From Carpediemonas membranifera BICM (Eukaryota; Protista; Fornicata): a stretch of DNA of 64,000 nt. The translations under genes were made by a program, and so were the position numbers. Shown here piece after piece: positions 1-10,651 of this stretch (positions are counted from its first letter, which is position 1; every line of letters starts with the position of its first letter). The notes under the pieces were generated by a model. That model ran no database searches. It worked only from the letters and a program-made list of their open reading frames with translations, and was not told the DNA's origin. The stretch covers positions 967,342 through 1,031,341 of the forward strand of contig JAHDYR010000005.1 in assembly GCA_019828565.1 (NCBI GenBank), written 5' to 3'.

Positions 1-252
1 GAACGAGATGACGTTGTCCGCAATGTCGATTGCCACAATGCTGCCACGGAAGCCATCAGTGGCCATCTGATGCGCCATGCGGGAGTTTCCGACGCCGACG
101 ATGAGGACCCTGGCAGTTTCAGGCGTCTTCACCAGGCTCTTGATGGTGGGAGCGACTGCGGAGTATTCACAGTACCAATCAAACGCGTGCTCAAGGTTCT
201 CGTACCTCTGGGTCCAGTATTCCTTCTCAGAATAGTCCTTCTCTTCCGCCAT
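1..252 (-). CDS. EEF1A lysine methyltransferase (METTL13/EEF1AKMT4-like), 5' part; runs off the window
   Basis: ATG at 252 reads MAEEKDYSEKEYWTQRYENLEHAFDWYCEY...RVLIVGVGNSRMAHQM...IVAIDI. It carries the YW..RY/FDWY signature and the SAM-binding motif I (GxGNS). Not in the ORF track. Confidence 0.85.
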   Translation of the reverse strand, partial: MAEEKDYSEKEYWTQRYENLEHAFDWYCEYSAVAPTIKSLVKTPETARVLIVGVGNSRMAHQMATDGFRGSIVAIDIADNVISF

Positions 253-482
253 GAACGATTGAGCGTTTTGTTGCAAGAAAAATGACGAGTTCAAGGACTC
301 CAGCCCACGCTGCACCCTTAACGCGAGTCTGCACATAAATGAATCGCTCAATGGCTGCGCGTCGATCATTCGTGCTCAAGGTCGGCGGAGGAACAAGACG
401 GCGACGCAAACACCAGGCCGACTGAAACAAGCGGATCCAGAGGTCGCTCAGCGTGCATTAATAATCAGCAATCCGTGTCTAT

Positions 483-3227
483 TTACTCCTTCTTCTCCTC
501 CCCGCTGGCAGCAGAGGGCTTGTACCCACCGGACAGGCCACCGCGGCTGGGCGGCTTGTACATGCCGGCACCAGCAGAGCGGTCACCACCGTATGAGGGG
601 CGGCCACCACCGAATGAGGGGCGGTCCACGGGGCGGCGGTCCCCGGCACCGAAGCTGGGTCTGTTGACGCCCCAGGCGGTCCCGGTGGCGGGGGCGACGG
701 CGTGGTCGGGGCCGGCCGAGGGGCGGTATGCGTTGGCCATGCCGCCCGAGCTGTGGGGTTGATAGGACGAGGCGGGGGCGTCGGTGACGCCGTACTTCAT
801 GCGGTCCTCGAGCGTGAGAACAGTCTTAAGGTCGTCGAGGCGCTGCTTGATGAACTGTTCGGGCAGCTCGCCGGCCTGGTACGTCTTTTTGAGCTTGTAC
901 TTGGGCATCGTGCGGTAACTCTCGAGGCGCTTGAGCTCTTCCTTGCGGCGCTCCTCGTCGGCCTTCTTCTTGGCGGCCTCCTCCTCGATCAGGGCCTGCT
1001 CGGCGGCCTTGCGGTCCTCCTCCTCCTGGATAAGCTGCTGCTTGAGCTCCTCGCGACGCTTGTTACGCAGCTTCTCGATCTGGCGCTCAATCTCAGCGGG
1101 CTTGAGCTCTTCGAGGCGCTGGCGCTGCTCGTCGAGGGTGTCCTGGACGCGGCCCTTGCGGTCGGCCATGACCTTCGCGAAGAACTCGGCCGAGGGGGCG
1201 AGCAGGGGCCGGACGGCGTCCTTGCGCTGCAGACGGGCCTCCCATTTGGCCTTCTCCGCGGCGACGATCTCCTCGATGCGGGCGTCGTAGATGGACTTGC
1301 CCTCGGTCTGCTCCTTCTCGCGGATAGCGAGGCGGCGCTTGGTCTCGACGACCCGATCGGATCTGATCGTGTACCACAGCTTGCGGTGCTCGGTGACGTT
1401 CTTCTGCTTGAGCTTGAGGTTCTGCTTCTTCTGGTAAGCAAGGAACGCGGCCTCCAGGATGGGGATGACCTTCTCGGGGGCGCCCTCAGCATCCTTGGCC
1501 AGGTCCATCTTCAGCAGGTGGCGCTTAGCGGGCAGGTTGGTCCGGCCTATCTCCTCGAGCCTGATCTCAGCCTTGTTGAGCTCCATCTTGAGCCGCATCT
1601 CGCGCTCCTTCTCGGCCTCACGGCGGTCGCGCTCAGCCTGAAGGCGCTCCTTCTCGCGCTTCTCGGCCTCCTCGCGGCGCTTCTCCTCCTCCGCGATGAT
1701 GCGGTTCTCTTCCTCCTTCGCGAGGCGCTCTCTCTCCATCTTGGTTTCCTCAATAAGCTCGAGGCGGTGGATGTTGCGCTGGTTGGCGTCCTTCAGCTCA
1801 GCCAGGAGGCTAGCTGCGGGGCCGGGGGCCGTCAGGCGGTGGGCACGGTCGGCCGCGGCGACGACAGAGACGGGGGAGCGGGTGAAGACGACCCGCTCGG
1901 CGCGGTGGTCGATCTTGGCGGAGACGAGGCCCTCGGAGACGGCCTGCACGACCATACGCTCGGCCTCGATGTCGTTGGAAGCGCCAAGGCAAGCGGTGGC
2001 CTGCTCGAGGGAGACGGAGCCAACAGCGGCGAGGGCGACGACGGCCTGGCTCTGGATGGCGGCCTTGAGGGTCTCAGGGCACTCAGAGTGCTGGGCGATC
2101 GCCAGCATGGCCGCAGACCGGGCAGGGCCGGTGCGTGTGCCAGAGGCAGCGGTGTACATGGCGAGGGGCTGCTCCGTGGCGTGCAGGTGGACGGGGAGGG
2201 CGGTGACGGCGGCACGGAGCATGGCGGGGGTCACGGGCTCGGCGCGGGCCGGGACCAGGGCGCGCCACTGGGCGTTGCGGCGGGCAGCATCGATGAACGT
2301 GGCGGAGAGGGGCACGGGGCGCTCGATGGCGACGGCAGCGGCCACCAGGAGGTAGTCGGAAACCTGTGTGGCGCGCTCATCGCCAAGGTTGGGGAGCCCG
2401 CGGGCAATGTCGACGAGGTGGAGCATGGCAGCACCGGCGAGCAGGAAGTCGCCGAGGTGATAGAGCACGCGGCCATACATGAAGAGGAGGTCGCTGAGAA
2501 TCTCCTGCTGGGGGCGGTAGACGAACTGCAGGATCCAGCGGGCGTCCTCGAGGGTGCGGCGGGCGTGCTGCCAGTAGCCGAGAGTGGCTGCGGCCTCAGC
2601 GAAGGCGATGCGTGTCCTGATGTGGATGATCTGCGTGCTGGGAAGATGGAGAGTCGACTCGGCCTTCTGCTGTGCGTACTTGCGCATAGAGGCGACGAGT
2701 CCGCCGAGCATGCTGAACAGAGACATCATGTCGCTGGGGCGCTTGTGGGTGGTGATGAACTTGCAGGCGCGGAGGACGAAATCACAGAAGATGTCCTCGA
2801 ACTTGGCGTTGTACTTGAGCGCGTCGAGCACGGTCCGGTACGTCAGCCACATGTGGGAGAGTTTCTGCTCATCCTCCTCGGATGTGGATCCGTGAGTGAT
2901 CTCGTCGTACTTCAGCTCGCTTCTCGTGACCTCCATGAGGTGGCTGAGTACATCGCTGAAGTGAGAGGGGGGCACGCCAGTTGCCGTAACGAGGTTCTTG
3001 TAGAGGCTCAGGCAGTTGCGCAGATGTTCAGTGCTGCGAAGGGTAACGCATGCCTGAACGTAGAGCTTGGCAATGTCCTGGAACTCGGCAAACCAGCTAG
3101 GCGTCTGGTTGCGGTTCCGCCTGGTGATGGCGAGAGCATCAGCCATCACGTTGATGGCGCTGAGATACTCCTCATTGCTGATGTAATCCTCAGCACGACG
3201 CAGCGTGCTTTGAGCGTGCAACTGCAT
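483..3227 (-). CDS. EIF3A: Translation initiation factor eIF3 subunit A
   Basis: N-terminal 'LRRAEDYI', 'WLTYRTVLDALKYNAKFEDIF', PCI winged-helix 'LVSAKIDH', long E/R/K coiled coil and low-complexity tail; strong GC3 codon bias. Confidence 0.85.
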   Translation of the reverse strand: MQLHAQSTLRRAEDYISNEEYLSAINVMADALAITRRNRNQTPSWFAEFQDIAKLYVQACVTLRSTEHLRNCLSLYKNLVTATGVPPSHFSDVLSHLMEVTRSELKYDEITHGSTSEEDEQKLSHMWLTYRTVLDALKYNAKFEDIFCDFVLRACKFITTHKRPSDMMSLFSMLGGLVASMRKYAQQKAESTLHLPSTQIIHIRTRIAFAEAAATLGYWQHARRTLEDARWILQFVYRPQQEILSDLLFMYGRVLYHLGDFLLAGAAMLHLVDIARGLPNLGDERATQVSDYLLVAAAVAIERPVPLSATFIDAARRNAQWRALVPARAEPVTPAMLRAAVTALPVHLHATEQPLAMYTAASGTRTGPARSAAMLAIAQHSECPETLKAAIQSQAVVALAAVGSVSLEQATACLGASNDIEAERMVVQAVSEGLVSAKIDHRAERVVFTRSPVSVVAAADRAHRLTAPGPAASLLAELKDANQRNIHRLELIEETKMERERLAKEEENRIIAEEEKRREEAEKREKERLQAERDRREAEKEREMRLKMELNKAEIRLEEIGRTNLPAKRHLLKMDLAKDAEGAPEKVIPILEAAFLAYQKKQNLKLKQKNVTEHRKLWYTIRSDRVVETKRRLAIREKEQTEGKSIYDARIEEIVAAEKAKWEARLQRKDAVRPLLAPSAEFFAKVMADRKGRVQDTLDEQRQRLEELKPAEIERQIEKLRNKRREELKQQLIQEEEDRKAAEQALIEEEAAKKKADEERRKEELKRLESYRTMPKYKLKKTYQAGELPEQFIKQRLDDLKTVLTLEDRMKYGVTDAPASSYQPHSSGGMANAYRPSAGPDHAVAPATGTAWGVNRPSFGAGDRRPVDRPSFGGGRPSYGGDRSAGAGMYKPPSRGGLSGGYKPSAASGEEKKE

Positions 3228-3427
3228 GGGTCTTGCTCCTCAGCTTTTTTTCATGCAACTTCGGCTGACTCCAATGAATCGCGAGCTGCAGCAGCGACAT
3301 GGCCCAGCTTGCGCCATGCAACAGGAAGGGGGGCTCGCTGCTCCCATTTGCCGGCCAATTGTTCAAAAATGTGTTGTCAGCTTTTTTCTTGCAAACCCAT
3401 CATCAGAACCCAAGAACTACAGACATA

Positions 3428-3870
3428 ATGGCCAAGGACACTCCTGCGCTTGTAACAAAGGTCACCCAGGTGAGAGAACAGGCAGTTGTAGTCGAGGAGT
3501 TTAATGCTGCAAAGGGGAAGCTTGCTTCTGTTTCGTTTGTACATTCTGTCATTTCTAACACAGTGAGCCTGCGGATAAGGTCAAAATCCTCATTGATGGT
3601 GCTCCTGTCTCTCCATATGATATCCCTGAGAAGCAGGAGGCCCGTAAGCTGATCTTCGAGTCGCTTCTTCAGATCAAGGACCTTGGTGTCAACTCCTTCG
3701 TGAATGGTCTCTCTCAAAAGCAGAGTGATGTGCTCATGAAGTACCTCTACGTCGCCCTCGAGACCGACCCAGAGAACGCTAACAAGTTCCTGAAGATCCA
3801 CGTCGCCGTCACCAAGCGGGGCGTCGGCTCGATCGTCCGCGTCATGCACGAGAAGTCGCTGACTGTGTGA
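3428..3870 (+). CDS. ARPC5: Arp2/3 complex subunit 5 (p16-Arc); exons 3428-3534 and 3564-3870
   Basis: Removing the 29-nt intron 3535-3563 (GTTTGT...CTAACACAG) gives ...QSDVLMKYLYVALE...KRGVGSIVRVMHEKSLTV*, matching the ARPC5 motifs DVLMKYxY and GVGSIVRV. Confidence 0.9.
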
Positions 3871-3962
3871 GCATATAAAGTACCATAGCCGTCGTCGTGG
3901 GGGGCCTTCGAGTCGTGAAGTCGCTGAAGTCGGAGAGCTGAGGACGAGTGGGTGTCGCTGGA

Positions 3963-5462
3963 ATGAGCAGGCTTGGCAGTATTATTGCCAATGCCTCCTT
4001 ATGTACACAGTACAAGGCAAGCGCAGAAGATAATGAGCGATATTTCGGCGTTGCAGACAGGAAAGACGCGAGAATGCTGAGAATCTTCCTAGACGATCCA
4101 CCAGCGCAAAAACTAGCGATTGTACGAGGTCCTTGTGGACATGGGAAGCGCAAAATCGTCCGTTGGGCCGCAGAAGAGCTTGGACGGCGCCTCGTAACCT
4201 GGACCTCCGCCTCCCCGGACCTAGCTGACGATTATACGAGTCCCTCGCAGCGCCGTGTGGGCGGTAGACTGAACCCAGAGCAGGCGGACTGTCTACGGTT
4301 CCTCCGTGCGGTGACGCGGGGGTCTCCGTCGACGGTGGGCCTCCTGGCTGAGATCCCGTTCGATTGCGGGGAGCACGGGTTCATGGACTTCGGGGAGTTC
4401 ACCAGGCAGTTCAAGGAGTTCCTAGCGACGGCCTCTGAGTGGTCAACCCCGCTTGTGGTCGTGGTTGACGAGGACTCCCGCATTCTGCCGTCCGTTCTCC
4501 CCTCGAAGTCCGCGGCGACACACATAATGGCGACATGCCGGATCAATAAGTCCGTAGAGGTGCTGGGTTACGTCGCCCGAAGCATGGGCATGGCGATGGA
4601 CAAGGTGCTGCTCAGGGCCATCGTCGACCAGACCTCCTCCCTCGGCCAGGCGATCCAGTCGCTGCACGTGCGGGGCGGGCCGGCCGAGGAGCCCTCCCGC
4701 CAGTCCCTGCCCAAGCTCGTCAGCTCCCTCCTCTACGCCAAGCGGGACGACGGCACCGCGTTGGGGAGCCAGCCCCGACACCAGCCGCCCCTTGCCCTCA
4801 GAGCGGACCCGGACCGCATCCTCGTCGCCCCCATGGTCGACGTCCGGTGTAATCAAATGATGAAGAGTGACCCGGTCGCCCGGGCCGTGAACGCCGGGGT
4901 GACGGCCAAGAGCCTGCTCAACCTGACGTACGACAACTACACGCCCTTCTACATGGACTCTGAGCCTGTGATGTACATTACCGAGACAATGTCGTTCCTG
5001 GCCGCCCTCTCGGCGACGTTTACTTCTGACACGGGGATCCAGGACCAGACTGAGATCATATCCTGCGGGATTCTCGCCAGCGCAGTGTCTGTGTCGCGTG
5101 CTGGTCAGCCTCAGGCCGGGCAAGTCAACATGGCTGCCGATCGAAAGCACCGCAATGCACCGAAGGTTGACCGGGCTACTCTGCTGGGCACGGTCGGTCC
5201 AGAAGCCATGGGTGGCAGTGCCGCAGCGGAGGTGGCGTGGTTCCAGGAGAGCTTCGGCCTGGCGGAGGCGGGTTGGGATGGACAGGCGGATGGGACGGTG
5301 GTGGACGCGGCGGTCTACTCCCAGAACGGCGGGGACCCTATCAATGTCGGCGAGGGCATGTGGTGCTACAACAGCAACCGGCCCAGTCAGCAAGAGCCCA
5401 ACCGCCGCAGTGCATGGAGTGCGTTGGCGGCCCGCATCGAGAGGAAGCGGCCCAACGGGTGA
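3963..5462 (+). CDS. RAD17: Rad17/Rad24-like checkpoint clamp-loader AAA+ subunit (divergent)
   Basis: Walker A 'IVRGPCGHGK' followed by 'AEELG..LVTW', 'PLVVVV', and 'LLYAKR' resembling Rad17 'ILYCKR'. Confidence 0.65.
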   Translation: MSRLGSIIANASLCTQYKASAEDNERYFGVADRKDARMLRIFLDDPPAQKLAIVRGPCGHGKRKIVRWAAEELGRRLVTWTSASPDLADDYTSPSQRRVGGRLNPEQADCLRFLRAVTRGSPSTVGLLAEIPFDCGEHGFMDFGEFTRQFKEFLATASEWSTPLVVVVDEDSRILPSVLPSKSAATHIMATCRINKSVEVLGYVARSMGMAMDKVLLRAIVDQTSSLGQAIQSLHVRGGPAEEPSRQSLPKLVSSLLYAKRDDGTALGSQPRHQPPLALRADPDRILVAPMVDVRCNQMMKSDPVARAVNAGVTAKSLLNLTYDNYTPFYMDSEPVMYITETMSFLAALSATFTSDTGIQDQTEIISCGILASAVSVSRAGQPQAGQVNMAADRKHRNAPKVDRATLLGTVGPEAMGGSAAAEVAWFQESFGLAEAGWDGQADGTVVDAAVYSQNGGDPINVGEGMWCYNSNRPSQQEPNRRSAWSALAARIERKRPNG

Positions 5463-5568
5463 GCGGCGGTGGTCCCTGGACTGTATGCGATATAAACGGC
5501 AGTGCTAGCTGCGGCAGGGCGGTGGTATCAGGTGAATCTCGGGCACGGCGAGACAAAAAACCAAAGGA

Positions 5569-7599
5569 ATGACGGAACGCGGTGAAGAAGCCGCGGAAGC
5601 AATACACGAGGTCTGTAGCTATATTATGACCTCTATAGACATCCTTTCACCGCTGGTCTCTGAAGAGCGCAGCGGTGGCCAGCAGCAAACAATTGGACAC
5701 GCCATGCAGCTTCTGTCCATCGCCTCGGAGCTGCTTGCCCCAATATCGATACAACCAGGGAATAGCACGCCAAGGCTGGCCGATGAGTCCCAGATGAGCG
5801 ACACCCACGACTTCGTGGTGTCCGACGAAGAAGACGACACACCACAGTCTCCCGAGGACAAGCTTTCCGCCATCGCTGGGTCCATAGAGGCGGTCTCCAT
5901 CGGCGCGGAAGGCCTGCTCTCTTCGTTCCCCGGCGACATCCCCACGCGGCTTCGTCGAGCGGCAGCCCTCCTCGGTCCCGGCGCTGCGGACGTTGGGGGT
6001 GTCGACCTCATCGAAGACAAGGCGGAGCTGATAGACAGACTTCGCAGCATCCGGGGCCAGCTGCAAGCCCTCCAGCCCGAGCTCGACGGTGAGCTGGACC
6101 CCGACTGTTGCCGGCGACTTGACTCCGTCGTCCGCCAGCTCGAGAACCCGACCACAACCCTGGACGTGAGTGAGGTCCCTGTCTTCTGGGCACTGTCGCA
6201 CAGCACGATCACTGCTGTGATGTTTGCCGCGGGGCTGCCCGAGGCGGCATCGTTCACGTGCGTCCGGATGGCCCACAGCAAGGTCCTCTTCGACAAGGCC
6301 GAGACGATACGGGCGGACGGCTGCGAGTACCGGCTCCTCCGGGGCGGTCTCTACTCCCGTGGTTTGAACCTCAACGGCGAGGCGGGGCGGGGGCGGGCCG
6401 ACCTCTTCGTCCCAGAGTGGGGCCGGGTCTGTATCCCCAGCGTCACGGGGCTGTGGACTGGCCATGGGTCGGCTGTGGCGGCCACAGTGGCTGGTGTGTT
6501 CGCGTGGGGGTCCAACAAGCGGTCAAAGCTCTCGTTCCCAGAGAAAGAGGGCATCATTTCATCGCCCAGACTGGTCGGCCGGCTTGACGTCGTCCGTGCC
6601 GTCATCATGGATGAGTCTACGTTCCTGCAGACGCCGACACACTGGCGGGCAACCGGTGCCAACGAGCACGGGCAGCTCGCAGTGGGTCATCGTGACCCCG
6701 TCCGCGAACCGGAGCGCGTCGTGGGCAGCGAGACTATCACCGACGTGGTCTCGGACTGCGGCACTGCCTTCGCCTGGACGGAGACGGGCGACATCCTCGG
6801 GGCGGGCAGCAATGATAACGAGCAGCTCGGCGTGACGGCCGGCGACGACGTCACTGTGTTCAGCCCGGTCAACCTGCCGCCTAATACAAGCGTGGTCCGC
6901 ATCGTGGAGGGCGAGGATGCGACGTTCTTCTTCACGGCAGACCGACGGTGTCTTGTCTGCGGGAACAACCGCAAGGCCAAGCTAGGGCTGCCCCGGGCCT
7001 CGGTGGTCGTGCCCCCCACCGCGCTACCGTTTGCCGTGGACGATGTCGTCTTCAACAAGTTCACGACGGTCTTCCTCTGCGATGGGAAGCTCATGGCGGT
7101 TGGAGACAACTCGTACCGCGAGCTCCCGTCCACCGCAAGGGAGCTCACCGCGCCGACAGAGCTCCCGCTGCCCTGGGATGCGGTCCAGATCATCCTGGGG
7201 TGCAAGTGCCTCTTCGTGCAGCGGGATGACGGCCAGTGGTTTGCCCGGGGGGACAACAGCTTCGGACAGCTCGGGGTCGGGTCCATTGCCAGTCCTGTCA
7301 CCACACTGGCGCCGGTCGCCCTGGACAACGTCCGATGGGTCCACAGCGCGAGCTCGATGACGCTATTCATGACGGCGGACGGGCTCTACCGTGCGGGCAT
7401 CAGGATCGACGGGGAGATCGGGGAGGAGGACTGGGTCAACATGCCCCGGGTCCCAGTGCAGACGGCCCCCGCCCCAGACCTCCACTTCACCCAGTCGCCC
7501 AGACTCAATCTAGTTCGCCAGGTCGAGGATATGCCCCGGTCGCCCAGGACGCCGCGCTCACCAAGGAGGAGGTCCTCGTCGGGAATCAGGCGGGAGTGA
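5569..7599 (+). CDS. RCC1-repeat beta-propeller protein with helical N-terminus
   Basis: Repeated G.N..GQLG motifs (WGSN, GANEHGQLAVG, GSNDNEQLG, GDNSFGQLGVG). Confidence 0.85.
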   Translation: MTERGEEAAEAIHEVCSYIMTSIDILSPLVSEERSGGQQQTIGHAMQLLSIASELLAPISIQPGNSTPRLADESQMSDTHDFVVSDEEDDTPQSPEDKLSAIAGSIEAVSIGAEGLLSSFPGDIPTRLRRAAALLGPGAADVGGVDLIEDKAELIDRLRSIRGQLQALQPELDGELDPDCCRRLDSVVRQLENPTTTLDVSEVPVFWALSHSTITAVMFAAGLPEAASFTCVRMAHSKVLFDKAETIRADGCEYRLLRGGLYSRGLNLNGEAGRGRADLFVPEWGRVCIPSVTGLWTGHGSAVAATVAGVFAWGSNKRSKLSFPEKEGIISSPRLVGRLDVVRAVIMDESTFLQTPTHWRATGANEHGQLAVGHRDPVREPERVVGSETITDVVSDCGTAFAWTETGDILGAGSNDNEQLGVTAGDDVTVFSPVNLPPNTSVVRIVEGEDATFFFTADRRCLVCGNNRKAKLGLPRASVVVPPTALPFAVDDVVFNKFTTVFLCDGKLMAVGDNSYRELPSTARELTAPTELPLPWDAVQIILGCKCLFVQRDDGQWFARGDNSFGQLGVGSIASPVTTLAPVALDNVRWVHSASSMTLFMTADGLYRAGIRIDGEIGEEDWVNMPRVPVQTAPAPDLHFTQSPRLNLVRQVEDMPRSPRTPRSPRRRSSSGIRRE

Positions 7600-7709
7600 T
7601 GTGATGTAGCAGTAGTAAAGTAGCCTTTTATGGGTTGATCGGCGACAAACGACTGGTCTGCACGAAGGGGGTGAGCTTGTGACAAAGCGGCAGGCTAGTC
7701 AGGTTGCGC

Positions 7710-8075
7710 TCAATCATCCACATCAGTGGTCTTCTGCTCGGTCATGGCGCCGCTGTCCTCTGCGGGATCGGCTGAAGTCTTGGCTGCCGATGAGACTTGA
7801 CCATTTGCCGCTCCCTTGGCCTGCTTGCGCTTTGCACGGCGAGCGGCCTTCTTGGCGGTCTTCTTACTGAGTGCATCATTGCGTTCGGTGACTCTTTTGA
7901 GCCGTGCTTGCTCCGCTTCCTGCAGGCGCTTCTTCATCGTCAATTCAGCGATCCGCTCTTGCTCCCGGGCGCTTTCGGCAATGAATTGGCGATGATGCAC
8001 CTCAGTATAGTTCGCGGTTGTGGAATCAACCTGCTTGGGGACGTATGTGGACTGGTCGATGGGTTTTGGCGCCAT
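7710..8075 (-). CDS. PRKRIP1/DUF1168-like splicing factor (start uncertain; may extend to 8168)
   Basis: 'VDSTTA...HRQFIAESAREQERIAEL...KKTAKKAARRAKRKQAK' parallels the PRKRIP1 pattern 'RRREY.R...TAKRR.KRQK.K'. Confidence 0.6.
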   Translation of the reverse strand: MAPKPIDQSTYVPKQVDSTTANYTEVHHRQFIAESAREQERIAELTMKKRLQEAEQARLKRVTERNDALSKKTAKKAARRAKRKQAKGAANGQVSSAAKTSADPAEDSGAMTEQKTTDVDD

Positions 8076-8577
8076 CTGCGAGTTGGGGTCGGCGGGACAG
8101 GATACAGTCGATGCACGGAATGATTGGACGGCAATGGCGCTAGTAGAGACTGGATGGTGGTGGTGCATGGCCTGTATTACGTGTGGCTCGGGCGTTCCCT
8201 CATCGGTGCAGATTAAGGTTCAGGACGACAGAACTCAGGATCCAGGAGAGACCTAGTTTCTTCAGGCAAGTACGGGAAGATTTACAATACAACACAGCTC
8301 ATTGCGTCGGTTCAACTCCATCAGCACGATACCGCCCATTCGGCATCCGCAAACGGAGGTTCTAGCAGTCCATCGGATCTCAAACTCGCAATAACGCTAT
8401 AATGTCGTCAATAAGAACTAACGAACCCATAAAATCGGCACTTGTTTTCGCGACATGATGGCCCCCATGAGGGTGTCTTATCCTGCGTTCTGGTGACTTG
8501 GTTTGGAGTCGCCCTGCATTTGGCTCAAAAAACACGACGACACCCTTGTGTCGAATTTGCGATAGACCGATTCATCC

Positions 8578-9176
8578 ATGGTTTGTTCACCACAGTCGTT
8601 GCAGTCGAAGCCATGACCTCATCCAACGGTTCATCAGGATGAGAACTAACAAGTTCTCTGCTCAACTGAAGCATTGAAATTGCGAACATCTCAAGGCTTC
8701 TTCTTCACTTGACTTCCAGCTGCTTCCTTCTCACACAGGCTCGTACAAAGCAGACTGCTCGTAAGAACCCCCTCAGCGCTGGTGGCAAGGCACCCCGCAA
8801 GCAGCTGGCCAAGAAGGCCGCTCGCAAGACCGCCGCCGTCGCTGAGCGTACCCACACCCGCCGCCGCCGCCCTGGTGCCCGCGCCCTCGGCGAGATCCGC
8901 TCCCTTCAGAAGACAACCAACCTGCTCATCGCGAGGGCGCCCTTCCAGCGCCTGGTCCGCGAGATCTCGCAGAACATCGCCCTCGACCTGCGCTTCCAGC
9001 GTCCCGCCCTCGACGCCCTCCAGGAGGCCGCTGAGTGCTATCTGGTCGGTCTGTTTGAGGACACCAACTTGCTCGCGATCCACGCTGGACGGGTCACAAT
9101 TATGGAGAAGGACATGACACTCGCCAGCCGCATCCGTGGCGATAACAAGATGCTCAACGGTTATGCCACCTACTAA
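8578..9176 (+). CDS. Histone H3 variant; ATG 8578-8580, intron 8581-8738, then ARTKQTARK...
   Basis: Complete H3 histone fold ([36 protein letters not shown]). The ATG is separated from ARTK by a GTTTGT...CTCACACAG intron. Confidence 0.9.
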
Positions 9177-9410
9177 GCACTCACCAAACCATCACACTGT
9201 ACAAAGGAAAAACACCCGCCCCGGCATCTGCCAGGCACCCGCGCCGACGACTTGGAGTCGCGCCGTAGTAAATGCCAGAGTGGAGTCTCTCTTCCACCTT
9301 CTGAAGTCACCCAGGCCGGTATTGACCCAGCGATCACACCGCCATCGGCTGCGCCCCGCCGCACCAGCGACCTGCGAACCCCCAACCAACACACGAACTA
9401 CTCATTTACT

Positions 9411-10007
9411 CTACGCCCTGCTGTTCTCGAGCATGCGGCGGAAGCCGTGGCGCCCGATGACAGGGAGGCCGCGCGCCGCCGCAGCCCAGTCGTCGTCGAA
9501 CTTGGCGGCGTCGTCGTCGTGCATGCCGATAAGCGTGCGCGTCTCGGTCTGGCCGCCCTTGCCGTCGTCCTCCCGGATGAGCTCGACAGCGCGGTCGCCG
9601 ATGGCGCGGCTGTGGACAGACGTCGTCTTGCCGTCGGCGCCGCGGACGGTGCGGGTCGTCTCGGTCACGCCGTTGACGGTCCTGGTCGTGGTCGAGCTGA
9701 AGCGGACCACAGGCTCGCGGGCAGGTGCGGCGGGTGGCTCGCGCTGCTCCTCGGGCGTCGGCTCGGTCCGGCTCGGCTCGGGGTTGGTCTTGGCCTTCCC
9801 CGGCTTGCCCTCCGGCTTCGGCTCAGAGGGCGCGGCCTGTGGAGCGGGCTGCTCCTCGCGGGGCTCCTGCTTTGCGTACTCGCGTGGGATGCGGACGTAG
9901 TAGCCGCCGTCAAGGAAGACGCGGGGCATGGGGGCGAAGTAGTCGAAAACGTTGAACATGGATCTGTGTGAGCGTTTGAAGCTGTCAGGAACATACCTGC
10001 TGAACAT
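9411..10007 (-). CDS. MLF: Myeloid leukemia factor (MLF)-like protein, copy 1
   Basis: 'FSSTTTRT..GVTETTRTVR..DGK....SRAIGDRA..L.RE....G..ETRTLIGM..DDAAKFDDDW' follows the MLF domain pattern. Confidence 0.75.
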   Translation of the reverse strand: MFSRYVPDSFKRSHRSMFNVFDYFAPMPRVFLDGGYYVRIPREYAKQEPREEQPAPQAAPSEPKPEGKPGKAKTNPEPSRTEPTPEEQREPPAAPAREPVVRFSSTTTRTVNGVTETTRTVRGADGKTTSVHSRAIGDRAVELIREDDGKGGQTETRTLIGMHDDDAAKFDDDWAAAARGLPVIGRHGFRRMLENSRA

Positions 10008-10153
10008 TGCTGCTTGTGTAGCTTGCTAACCTGTGAAGGTGTTTCTGCTGAAGTGTGGCGTCATAGCATCGATGGAATTCATCAAATCTCGGATCTGATT
10101 GATCTCCGGATGCATCCCAGTCGCGCTAGCTGCGCTGCCTCGGCCTTCATAAG

Positions 10154-10417
10154 ATGCCCAACTCGCTCATCGCGAGGGCGCCCTTCCAGCGCCTGGTCCG
10201 CGAGATCTCGCAGAACATCGCCCTCGACCTGCGCTTCCAGCGTCCCGCCCTCGACGCCCTCCAGGAGGCCGCTGAGTGCTATCTGGTCGGTCTGTTTGAG
10301 GACACCAACTTGCTCGCGATCCACGCTGGACGGGTCACAATTATGGAGAAGGACATGACACTCGCCCGCCGCATCCGTGGCGATAACAAGATGCTCAACG
10401 GTTATGCCACCTACTAA
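10154..10417 (+). CDS. Tail-less histone H3 (histone fold only, 87 aa), chimeric copy
   Basis: MPNS followed by H3 from LIARAPFQR to the stop codon; intact ORF with its own ATG. Confidence 0.55.
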   Translation: MPNSLIARAPFQRLVREISQNIALDLRFQRPALDALQEAAECYLVGLFEDTNLLAIHAGRVTIMEKDMTLARRIRGDNKMLNGYATY

Positions 10418-10651
10418 GCACTCACCAAACCATCACACTGTACAAAGGAAAAACACCCGCCCCGGCATCTGCCAGGCACCCGCGCCGACGACTTGGAGTC
10501 GCGCCGTAGTAAATGCCAGAGTGGAGTCTCTCTTCCACCTTCTGAAGTCACCCAGGCCGGTATTGACCCAGCGATCACACCGCCATCGGCTGCGCCCCGC
10601 CGCACCAGCGACCTGCGAACCCCCAACCAACACACGAACTACTCATTTACT

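Noticed and set aside
702-3428. 908-aa plus-strand ORF, and many similar long antisense ORFs (e.g. 57899-59239, 34248-35360)
   Set aside because: Shadow frames of GC3-biased real genes on the opposite strand; no recognisable motifs.
8260-8335. tRNA suggested by the B-box-like GGTTCAACTCC
   Set aside because: T-stem and acceptor stem do not pair.
8578-9176. Centromeric H3 (CenH3)
   Set aside because: It keeps an H3-like tail and Q68/F84/T107 and has no loop-1 extension.
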